DNA of 64,000 bases, taken from NCBI GenBank assembly GCA_963776245.1, contig CAVZLN010000006.1, positions 480,001 through 544,000 of the forward strand, read 5' to 3'. This DNA comes from Candidatus Eiseniibacteriota bacterium (lineage in GTDB: Bacteria > Eisenbacteria > RBG-16-71-46). Below the pieces are notes generated by a model. That model searched no databases. It saw only the letters and a program-made list of their open reading frames with translations, and was not told the DNA's origin. Position numbers and translations under genes: made by a program. How positions within the stretch are numbered: the stretch's first letter is position 1; the number at the start of each line of letters is the position of its first letter. Of the stretch, positions 56,158 through 64,000 are shown in pieces.

Positions 56158-58806
56158 ATGTCGATCCCTTCCGGCACCCGTCTGGGCCCCCACGAGATCG
56201 TCGCTCCGCTCGGCGCGGGCGGCATGGGCGAGGTGTATCGCGCCCGCGACACGCGGCTGGGGCGCGACGTCGCGATCAAGGTCCTCCCCGATGAGCTGAC
56301 CGCCAGCGAGGACCTGCGCCAGCGGTTCGAGCGCGAGGCCCGCACCATCTCCCGGCTCACGCACCCGCACATCTGCACGCTGTTCGACGTGGGCCGCGAG
56401 GGCGCCGTCGAGTACCTGGTGATGGAGCTGCTCGAAGGGGAGACGCTGGCCGAGCGCCTGGCGAAGGGCCGGCTGCCGCTGGAACAGGTGCTGCGGTCCG
56501 GCGGCGAGATCGCGGCGGCGCTCGCGGCGGCGCACGCGCTGGGCATCGTGCATCGCGACCTCAAGCCGGCGAACATCATGCTCACCCGGTCGGGCATCAA
56601 GCTGCTGGATTTCGGACTGGCCAAGGTCTTCGCCCGGGCGCCGGAGGCCTCCACCGCGGCGACCGTGGCCGTCTCGGTCCGGATCACGGGCGAGGGCATG
56701 CGTCTGGGCACGGCGCCCTACATGGCCCCGGAACAGGCCGAGGGCAAGGTGGTGGACGCCCGGGCGGACGTCTTCGCGCTGGGCGCGGTGCTGTTCGAGA
56801 TGGCGACCGGGGTCCGGGCCTTCGCCGGAACGAGCCAGGCGGCGGTGCTGTCGGCGGTCCTGAATCACGATCCACCGCCGGTCTCGGCGCTCCAGCCGGC
56901 CGCTCCCCCGTCGCTGGATCGCCTGGTGCGCCGGTGCCTCGCCAAGGATCCCGCGGCGCGCTGGAACTCGACCGCTGACCTCGAGCTCCAGCTGCGCGAG
57001 ATCGCGGATGTCGTCGCCAGCGGGACCGCGGCCGTGCCGACGGCGCCGGCACGGAGGCTCCGGGTGTGGCTGCCCTGGGCGATCGCCGGTCTGGCGGTCG
57101 CGTCCGGCGCCGTCACCCTCGGGCGCGGGCCCGCGCCCGCCGGACCGCCCGCGACGACGATACGCTTCGTCGTGCCGCCTCCCACCGGAGGGAAGTTCGC
57201 CTACTCCGCGGAGAGCCCGTTCCTCGCGGTCTCGCCCGACGGCTCGCAGCTCGCCTTCCTCGCCACCGATTCCACCGGGGTGCGCCGCGCGTGGTTGCGC
57301 CCCCTCGCGGCACTCGAAGCGCGACCGATGGCCGGCACGGAGAACGCCTCGTCGGTGTTCTGGTCTCCGGACGGCCGCTCGCTCGGCTTCTTCGCGGGCG
57401 GGAAGCTCGCACGACTGGACCTCGCAGGCGGGGCAGCCACCCCGATCTGCGAAGTGCCCGCGGGCGGGGGCATGGCGGCCAGCTGGGGGCGCTCCGGGGA
57501 CATCCTCTTCTCGTCCATGCTGGGTCGCGCCATCCACCGCGTGCCCGCGTCCGGCGGAGACCCCCGCGTGGAGGTGACCGCCGACAGCACCCTCGGGCAG
57601 TGGCGCGTGGAGTGGCCCTGGTTCCTGCCCGACGGGCGGCGGTTCCTCTACCTGCTCCACCGTGCGGACGATCAGGACTCGCTCATGTTCGTGGCCCCGG
57701 GAGAGCGCCCGCGCGCGGTGTGCGCGGCGAGCTCCAATGCCGCGTTCACGGAGCCCGACCTGCTCACCTTCGTGCAGGAAGGGACGCTGCTCGGGAGGCG
57801 GTTCGACTGGCGCGGCGGCCGCGTCAGCGGCGGACCGTTTCCGATCGCCGATCCGGTCCGCTTCTTCATCTCCACCGGCGGCGCCGCGTACGCCGCGTCC
57901 GCGGGAGGGACGCTGGTCTATCAGTCCTCCGACGATGTCTCGCGGCTGGTCTGGATCGACCGGGGCGGACGCGAGCTCGGCTCGCTCGGCCCGCCGGGGG
58001 ACTACCTCGATCTCTCGCTCTCGCCCGATCGGCAACGGCTGCTCTGCGCCCGCACCCAGCCGAAGATCGGCTCGTACGACGTCTGGTCGCTCGACCTCGC
58101 GCGCGGGACGGAGACCCGACTCACCTCGAGCCCGCACAGCGAATTCGACGCGCGACTGCTGCCCGGCGGCCGGAGCATCGCGTATTCCGCCGCAGTCGGG
58201 CAGCTGCCGCTCCTGTATCGGCTCGATCTCGAGACCGGGGAGTCGCAGCCCATGCTCCCGGCCAGCGGGTTCCAGTCGGCCGAGGACATATCGCCGGACG
58301 GCAAGACCCTCGCCTATGTCGAGCGCACCGTGGGTGGCGCTCAGCGCGCGTGGGCCCTGCCCCTCGACGGCAAGGGAAGGCCCGCACCGCTCCTGCCAGC
58401 GGATCTGCGCGCCGGCTCGGTGCGGTTCTCACCCGACGGTCGCTATCTCGCGTTCCTCTCGGACGAGTCCGGTCAATGGGAGGCGTACGTCGCGCCCTAT
58501 CCGGGCCCCGGGGAGATGACCCGCGTCTCGCGCGATGGCGCGCTGGAGCTGCGGTGGCCCAGCCACGGCGGCGAGATCCTCTACCTCTCGCGCGATCGCA
58601 AGCTGGTCTCGGTCCCGGTCCGCACCTTGCCGGCGCTCTCATTGGGAACGTCCAAGCCGCTGTTCACGCTGGCGGGCGAGGGCACCTGGAACGGATTCGA
58701 TGTCACGCCGGACGGCCAGCGCATCCTCGCGATCGTGCCGCAGGTGGTGGCGGACCGGCTGCCGATCACGGTGATCGCGAACTGGCCGCAGGGGACGGCG
58801 AGGTAG
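56158..58806 (+). CDS. Hanks-type Ser/Thr kinase with TM and TolB-like (PD40) beta-propeller
   Basis: LGAGGMGEVY, VAIK, HRDLKPAN, DFG, YMAPE; repeated SPDG motifs. Confidence 0.95.
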   Translation: MSIPSGTRLGPHEIVAPLGAGGMGEVYRARDTRLGRDVAIKVLPDELTASEDLRQRFEREARTISRLTHPHICTLFDVGREGAVEYLVMELLEGETLAERLAKGRLPLEQVLRSGGEIAAALAAAHALGIVHRDLKPANIMLTRSGIKLLDFGLAKVFARAPEASTAATVAVSVRITGEGMRLGTAPYMAPEQAEGKVVDARADVFALGAVLFEMATGVRAFAGTSQAAVLSAVLNHDPPPVSALQPAAPPSLDRLVRRCLAKDPAARWNSTADLELQLREIADVVASGTAAVPTAPARRLRVWLPWAIAGLAVASGAVTLGRGPAPAGPPATTIRFVVPPPTGGKFAYSAESPFLAVSPDGSQLAFLATDSTGVRRAWLRPLAALEARPMAGTENASSVFWSPDGRSLGFFAGGKLARLDLAGGAATPICEVPAGGGMAASWGRSGDILFSSMLGRAIHRVPASGGDPRVEVTADSTLGQWRVEWPWFLPDGRRFLYLLHRADDQDSLMFVAPGERPRAVCAASSNAAFTEPDLLTFVQEGTLLGRRFDWRGGRVSGGPFPIADPVRFFISTGGAAYAASAGGTLVYQSSDDVSRLVWIDRGGRELGSLGPPGDYLDLSLSPDRQRLLCARTQPKIGSYDVWSLDLARGTETRLTSSPHSEFDARLLPGGRSIAYSAAVGQLPLLYRLDLETGESQPMLPASGFQSAEDISPDGKTLAYVERTVGGAQRAWALPLDGKGRPAPLLPADLRAGSVRFSPDGRYLAFLSDESGQWEAYVAPYPGPGEMTRVSRDGALELRWPSHGGEILYLSRDRKLVSVPVRTLPALSLGTSKPLFTLAGEGTWNGFDVTPDGQRILAIVPQVVADRLPITVIANWPQGTAR

Positions 58807-58877
58807 GCGAGCGGGATCGGCACGACAGCGGTCCCGGCCGAGCGCGGATGCGATGAAGCGCGAGACGACACATTCGA

Positions 58878-58906
58878 TTGCCGCCCTCCGGACCCTGCGC
58901 TAGTCT
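58878..58906 (+). promoter_or_regulatory. Putative promoter of the 2-oxoacid dehydrogenase cluster
   Basis: TTGCCG-N17-TAGTCT. Confidence 0.5.
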
Positions 58907-58938
58907 CCCGGCTCCCCGCTCCACACTGGAGAACGCTG

Positions 58939-59913
58939 ATGCCCCAGATGACCATGGTCCAGGCCATCCAGGACGCGCTGCGCATCGCGCTGCGCGAGGA
59001 CCCGCGCGTCGTGGTGCTCGGCGAGGATGTCGGGCGCAACGGCGGCGTGTTCCGGGTCACCGAGGGGCTGCAGGCCGAGTTCGGCGAGGCGCGCGTGGCC
59101 GACACGCCGCTGGCCGAGAACGGCATCGTCGGATGCGCCATCGGCATGGCGATCGGCGGGCTCAAGCCGATCGCCGAGATCCAGTTCGTGGACTTCATCT
59201 ACCCGGCGTTCGACCAGATCGTCTCCGAGCTCGCCAAGCTGCGCTGGAGATCGGCGGGGCAGTACAGCGCCCCGGTCATCGTGCGCTCACCCTATGGCGG
59301 CGGCATCAAGGGCGGGCTCTATCACTCGCAGAGCCCCGAAGCGTACTTCTGCCACACGCCCGGGCTCACGGTGGTGATCCCCTCCACCCCGCACGACGCC
59401 AAAGGGCTGCTGCTCGCCGCGCTGGCAGGCGACGACCCGGTCATCTTCCTCGAGCCGAAGCGCCTCTATCGCACCACCAAAGAGGACGTGCCGGAGGGCC
59501 GTTTCACCGTGCCGCTCTCGAGCGCGCGCGTCGCACGTGCGGGCGAGCACGTCACCGTGCTCAGCTATGGCGCGATGATCCCGGTGGCGCTCGAGGCGGC
59601 CGAGCAGGCCGCCGGGCGCGGCTGGTCGGTGGAGGTCCTCGACCTGCGCACCCTGGTGCCGCTCGACGCCGAGGCGGTGTTGGAGAGCACGCGCAAGACC
59701 GGGCGCGTGGTCGTGCTTCACGAGGCGCCGCGCACCTGCGGCTACGGCGCCGAGCTGGTCGCGCTGGTGGCCGAGAAGGCGCTCACCTCGCTGCTCGCTC
59801 CGGTGGTGCGCGTGACCGGATACGACACTCCGTTCCCGTATACGCTCGAGCACACCTACCTGCCCGATGCCCCGCGCGTGATGCGGGCGATCGAGCACGT
59901 CATGTCCTACTGA
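58939..59913 (+). CDS. 2-oxoacid (pyruvate or branched-chain) dehydrogenase E1 beta
   Basis: GEDVG..GGVFR, DTPLAE, EIQF, HSQSPE, FLEPK. Confidence 0.95.
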   Translation: MPQMTMVQAIQDALRIALREDPRVVVLGEDVGRNGGVFRVTEGLQAEFGEARVADTPLAENGIVGCAIGMAIGGLKPIAEIQFVDFIYPAFDQIVSELAKLRWRSAGQYSAPVIVRSPYGGGIKGGLYHSQSPEAYFCHTPGLTVVIPSTPHDAKGLLLAALAGDDPVIFLEPKRLYRTTKEDVPEGRFTVPLSSARVARAGEHVTVLSYGAMIPVALEAAEQAAGRGWSVEVLDLRTLVPLDAEAVLESTRKTGRVVVLHEAPRTCGYGAELVALVAEKALTSLLAPVVRVTGYDTPFPYTLEHTYLPDAPRVMRAIEHVMSY

Positions 59914-59922
59914 GGCCCCGCC

Positions 59923-60225
59923 ATGCTGCTCATCCTCTGGGAGTACACCGCCCGACCCGACCGCACCGAGGAGTTCGAGGCCCTGTACCGCCCCGACGGT
60001 CCGTGGACCGGGCTGTTCCGCGGCGCGCCGGGATTCCTGAGCACCACACTGTGGAAGGACCTGCGGCAGCCTCAGCGCTACGTCGTGGCGGACCGCTGGA
60101 CCAGCGTCGTGCTCTACGAGGAGTTCAAGCACGCCCATGCCGCGCCGTACGCCGCGCTCGCCGAGCGGGGCGCGCGCACGATCATCCGCGAGACCGAGCT
60201 CGGGCGCTTCGGCGCCATGGATTGA
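59923..60225 (+). CDS. Antibiotic biosynthesis monooxygenase (ABM)-like protein
   Basis: EEFEALY..GPWTGLF..PGFLST..YVVADRW; 100-aa dimeric alpha/beta-barrel pattern. Confidence 0.7.
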   Translation: MLLILWEYTARPDRTEEFEALYRPDGPWTGLFRGAPGFLSTTLWKDLRQPQRYVVADRWTSVVLYEEFKHAHAAPYAALAERGARTIIRETELGRFGAMD

Positions 60226-60238
60226 ACGCGAGGGACCG

Positions 60239-61528
60239 ATGGCCTTCGAAGTGAGACTGCCGGACATCGGCGAGGGCATCGCCGAAGGTGAGGTGGTGCG
60301 CTGGCTGGTGAAGGCCGGGGACGCGGTGCGCGAGGACCAGCCGCTGGTCGAGGTGATGACCGACAAGGCGAGCGTCGAGATCCCCTCGCCCCGCACCGGC
60401 ACCATCGAGGCGCTCCACGCGGAGGAGGGCGCCATGGTGCCGGTCGGCAGCCTGCTGCTGACCATCGCGGTGGCGGGCGCGACCGCGGCCGCGGCCGCGG
60501 CTCCCGCGCATGCTCCCGCGTCGCCGGGCGCGGCGGTCTCCCCGGGCGGCGCGCCCGCGGCGCCTGCGGGAGCGCGCGCGCAGGCGAGCCCGGCGGTGCG
60601 CCAGCTCGCGAAGACCCTCGGCGTGGACCTCGCGGGCCTCGCGGGCGGCGGGCCCGGCGGGGCCATCACCGCCGACGACGTGCGGCGCGCCGCGACGGGC
60701 GCCGCGGGCGTGGGCGTGGGCGCGGCCGCGGCCGGTGCCACGCCCGCGCCAGGTCGCGCGGGGCCGGGGTCCGCGGCGCCCGCGCCCGGGGGCCCCGCGC
60801 CCGCTCCGAAGCCCGACGAGCCCGAGGAGCGCGTGCCGCTGCGCGGCCTGCGCCGGCGCATCGCCGAGCACATGCGCCATTCCCTCGACCTGGCGGCCCA
60901 CTTCACGTTCGTCGCCGAGGCCGACTTCACCGCGCTGGTGCTCCACCGCGAGTCCATGCGCGCGCGCGCGGCGGCCGCGGGCGCCCGGCTCACCTACCTC
61001 GCGTACGTGTTCCGCGCGCTGCCCGGCGTGCTCGCGCGCTTCCCGCAGCTGAACGCCAGCCTCGACGACGCGCGCGGGGAGGTCGTGCTCAAGCGCTACG
61101 TGCATCTCGGGCTCGCCTCCATGACCGGCGACGGGCTCACCGTGCCGGTGGTGCGCCACGCCGACCGGCTCGGGCTGTTCGCGATGGCGCGCGAGATCGA
61201 GCGCCTGGCGGGCGCGGCGCGCGCCGGCACGCTCAAGCTCGAGGAGCTCCAGGGCGGCACGTTCACCGTCACCAGCACCGGCGCGCACGGCGGCGTGCTC
61301 GCCACTCCCATCCTCCACCACCCGCAGGTCGGCATCCTCGGGGTGCACGAGGTGAAGCCGAGGCCCTCCGTGGTGGACGGCGCGATCGTCGCCCGCGATC
61401 TCACGAATCTCTCGCTCACCCTCGATCACCGCGTGGTGGATGGCGCGGTGGGCGCGGATTTCCTCTACGCCCTGATCGAGACCCTCGAGCGCCCGCAGGA
61501 CTGGCTCGCGGACGCCGACCTGGCCTGA
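60239..61528 (+). CDS. Dihydrolipoamide acyltransferase E2
   Basis: Lipoyl MTDKA, peripheral-subunit-binding ASPAVRQLA, catalytic DHRVVDG. Confidence 0.95.
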   Translation: MAFEVRLPDIGEGIAEGEVVRWLVKAGDAVREDQPLVEVMTDKASVEIPSPRTGTIEALHAEEGAMVPVGSLLLTIAVAGATAAAAAAPAHAPASPGAAVSPGGAPAAPAGARAQASPAVRQLAKTLGVDLAGLAGGGPGGAITADDVRRAATGAAGVGVGAAAAGATPAPGRAGPGSAAPAPGGPAPAPKPDEPEERVPLRGLRRRIAEHMRHSLDLAAHFTFVAEADFTALVLHRESMRARAAAAGARLTYLAYVFRALPGVLARFPQLNASLDDARGEVVLKRYVHLGLASMTGDGLTVPVVRHADRLGLFAMAREIERLAGAARAGTLKLEELQGGTFTVTSTGAHGGVLATPILHHPQVGILGVHEVKPRPSVVDGAIVARDLTNLSLTLDHRVVDGAVGADFLYALIETLERPQDWLADADLA

Positions 61529-61541
61529 AAGGGACCCCGAC

Positions 61542-63674
61542 ATGAGAATCCCGAAGCGTTCGCTGCTCGCCATCGCGCTGCTCGCCGCGATCTGCACCCG
61601 CGCGCTCGCCGCTCCCCCGCCGACGCGGGTCGAGGTGGTGCGCGACACGCTGCATGGCGTGGTGGTCGAGGATCCCTACCGCTGGCTCGAGAGCAAGGAC
61701 GCCCCCGAGACGCGGGCCTGGATCGACGAGCAGATCCGCTACACCCAGTCGGTGCTCGCCGGCTACCCCGGGCGGGTGCGGATCGTGTCGCGCCTCGAGC
61801 AGTTGCTCAAGGTGGACGTGATGGGCATCCCGATCGAGCGCGGCGGCCGCTACTTCTTCTCCAAGCGCCTGAGCGGACAGGAACAGCGCGTGCTCTACGT
61901 GCGCCGGGGGATCGGCGGCAAGGACGAGGTGCTGCTCGACCCGCATCCGCTCAGCCCCGACCACACCACCTCGGTCTCCTACACCGACATCTCGCTCGAC
62001 GGCACGCTGGTCGCCATCGCCAAGCGGCAGGGCGGGAAGGACGAGGTCGAGGTCTCCTTCCTCGACGTGAACACGCGCCAGCCGCTGGCCGACCGGCTGC
62101 CGGTCGCGCGCTATTTCGGGATCGCGATCAAGGCCGACCGCAGCGGGGTGTACTACTCGAAGTCGCTGCCCGAGGGCTCGCGCGTGTACTACCACCCGAT
62201 GGGCGGCGACCCGGCGCAGGACACGCAGGTGTTCGGCGCGGGCTACGGCCCCGAGAAGATCATCGACGCCACGCTCAGCGAGGACGGGCGCTGGCTGGTG
62301 CTCACGGTGTACTACGGTTCGGCGTCGCAGCGCAGCGAACTGTGGGTCCAGGACGTCGAGCACGGCGGTGCGCTGTTCGCGGTCGCGAAGGACATCGACG
62401 GCTTCTTCACCGGCACCGTGGTCGGCGACCTGCTCTACATGCAGACCAACTGGCAGGCGCCCCGCGGCCGCATCCTGCGGGTCGACCTGGGCGCCCCGGC
62501 GCAGGACAAGTGGCGCGAGATCGTGCCGCAGGGCGAGCACGTGCTCGAGAGCTTCTCGCTGGCCGGCGGACGGGTGTTCGCGAACTACCTCGAGAACGTG
62601 GTGTCGAAGGTGCGGGTGTTCGGCCCCGAGGGCCGGCCGATGGGCGAGATCGCCTTCCCCACGCTCGGCACCGTGGGCGGGATGAACGGACGCTGGGCCA
62701 GCAACGAGGCGTTCTTCACGTTCTCGTCGTTCACCGTGCCTTCCACCATCTTCCGCTACGACGTGACGAGCGGCGTGCGCACCGAGTGGTGGCGCTCGCA
62801 GGCGCCGGTGGCCAGCGACCGCTTCGAGACCCGGCAGGTTTGGTACACCTCGAAGGACGGCACCAAGGTCCCGATGTTCCTGGTGCACCGCAAGGGGCTC
62901 GAGTTCGACGGCAAGCGCCCGGTGCTGCTCACCGGTTACGGCGGCTTCACCGTGAGCGAGACCCCGAACTTCTCGTCCGACGCCACCATCTGGGCCGAGA
63001 ACGGCGGCGTGTACGCCTTGCCGAACCTGCGCGGGGGCTCGGAGTTCGGCGAGGCCTGGCATCGCGCCGGGATGCTCGAGCAGAAACAGCACACCTTCGA
63101 CGATTTCATCGCCGCGGCCGAATGGCTGGTCGCGAACCGCGTCACCAACCCCGACCGGCTCGCCATCCTCGGCGGCAGCAACGGCGGGCTGCTGGTGGGG
63201 GCGTTCATGACCCAGCGCCCCGAGCTGTGCCGCGCGGTGCTGTGCGCCGTGCCCCTGCTCGACATGCTGCGCTACCACCGCTTCCTGGTGGCGCGCTTCT
63301 GGGTGCCCGAGTACGGCTCGTCCGAGGATGCGGCGCAGTTCCCGGCGCTCCAGGCGTACTCGCCCTACCAGCACGTGGTGAAGGGCACCGCGTATCCCTC
63401 GGTCATGTTCGTGACCGGGGACTCCGATACCCGCGTCGACCCGCTGCACGCGCGCAAGATGACCGCGCTCCTGCAGGCCTCGACCGGCTCCGATCCGCTG
63501 AAGCGCCCGGTGCTGCTCCACTACGACACCAAGTCGGGCCATGCGGGCGGCAAGCCGGTGAGCCAGCAGATCGAGGACGACGCCGACGAACTGCTGTTCC
63601 TGTTCACCCAGCTCGGCATGAACGTGCCGAGCGGCGGGCCGATCGACTCCCCGGTGGGGGGAACGAACCGCTGA
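61542..63674 (+). CDS. Prolyl oligopeptidase (S9A) with signal peptide
   Basis: DPYRWLE, GYGGF, NLRGGSEFG, GGSNGG, DTRV, GH. Confidence 0.95.
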   Translation: MRIPKRSLLAIALLAAICTRALAAPPPTRVEVVRDTLHGVVVEDPYRWLESKDAPETRAWIDEQIRYTQSVLAGYPGRVRIVSRLEQLLKVDVMGIPIERGGRYFFSKRLSGQEQRVLYVRRGIGGKDEVLLDPHPLSPDHTTSVSYTDISLDGTLVAIAKRQGGKDEVEVSFLDVNTRQPLADRLPVARYFGIAIKADRSGVYYSKSLPEGSRVYYHPMGGDPAQDTQVFGAGYGPEKIIDATLSEDGRWLVLTVYYGSASQRSELWVQDVEHGGALFAVAKDIDGFFTGTVVGDLLYMQTNWQAPRGRILRVDLGAPAQDKWREIVPQGEHVLESFSLAGGRVFANYLENVVSKVRVFGPEGRPMGEIAFPTLGTVGGMNGRWASNEAFFTFSSFTVPSTIFRYDVTSGVRTEWWRSQAPVASDRFETRQVWYTSKDGTKVPMFLVHRKGLEFDGKRPVLLTGYGGFTVSETPNFSSDATIWAENGGVYALPNLRGGSEFGEAWHRAGMLEQKQHTFDDFIAAAEWLVANRVTNPDRLAILGGSNGGLLVGAFMTQRPELCRAVLCAVPLLDMLRYHRFLVARFWVPEYGSSEDAAQFPALQAYSPYQHVVKGTAYPSVMFVTGDSDTRVDPLHARKMTALLQASTGSDPLKRPVLLHYDTKSGHAGGKPVSQQIEDDADELLFLFTQLGMNVPSGGPIDSPVGGTNR

Positions 63675-63679
63675 CCCTC

Positions 63680-63710
63680 CGGGGGCCGCGGCCACCGGCC
63701 GCGGCCCCCG
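63680..63710. other. Perfect 14-bp GC stem-loop after the peptidase gene; a second hairpin follows at ~63721-63763
   Basis: CGGGGGCCGCGGCC-ACC-GGCCGCGGCCCCCG; no U-tract. Confidence 0.6.
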
Positions 63711-63784
63711 ACACCTTCTCCCGGGCCCTCGAGGTTCGCGCGTCGCGAGCCTGCGGGGCCCGGATCGACCGGGGACGCGCACCC

Positions 63785-64000
63785 ATGAGCGAGACGCCCT
63801 TCCAGATCCTCGACCCCGACGGCCACGCCACCGGGCCGGTGCCCGAGATCGCGGCCGACGACCTGCGAAGGCTGCACCGGCACATGTTCAAGATGCGGCT
63901 GCTCGACCAGCGCATGCTGTCGCTGCAGCGCCAGGGCCGCATCGGGTTCTACGGCATGACCACCGGCCAGGAGGCCTCGGTCACCGGCTCGGCGTTCGCG
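63785..64000 (+). CDS. 2-oxoacid dehydrogenase E1 alpha, truncated by window end
   Basis: Manual translation MSETPFQILDPDG..RLLDQRMLSLQRQGRIGFY..GQEA. Confidence 0.9.
   Translation, partial: MSETPFQILDPDGHATGPVPEIAADDLRRLHRHMFKMRLLDQRMLSLQRQGRIGFYGMTTGQEASVTGSAFA

Noticed and set aside
1..64000. Many long overlapping or antisense ORFs in the track (e.g. 4033..6111, 10271..12454, 23977..26916, 61416..63782) and long N-terminal extensions
   Set aside because: They are R/A/G/P-rich shadow frames of recognisable genes, expected at this GC content, with no motifs.

Overview
Very GC-rich, gene-dense bacterial chromosome segment from a probable diderm (a Candidatus Eisenbacteria-like lineage is only my guess from gene content). 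It is mostly core metabolism. In order: a partial DEAD-box helicase with degenerate motifs; an AlaX-type tRNA editing protein coupled to a sensorless sigma54 activator; moaC-moeA; a MoxR/DUF58/BatA-E chaperone operon; a small decaying accessory patch (hicA-hicB fusion relic, DUF3024, VOC protein); a complex I operon nuoA-H,J-N lacking nuoI, preceded by etfBA; two tandem XRE-cupin regulators behind a long hairpin-rich leader; lysA/mobA/D-2-hydroxyacid dehydrogenase; a beta-barrel-like protein with a heterodimeric ABC exporter; an acyl-CoA ligase with a standalone AAA-associated domain; a divergent deacetylase-like/GT-C pair; macA plus permease; mntR-mntH; a Ser/Thr kinase; and a rearranged 2-oxoacid dehydrogenase cluster. 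I see no CRISPR array, tRNA, rRNA, integrase or transposase, and I cannot demonstrate a new system. The best leads are the twin XRE-cupin/leader module, the hicA-hicB relic, a symmetric bidirectional promoter, the missing nuoI, an apparent ATC start codon and repeated leaderless-gene architecture. All family calls come from motif recognition by eye, not from database searches.
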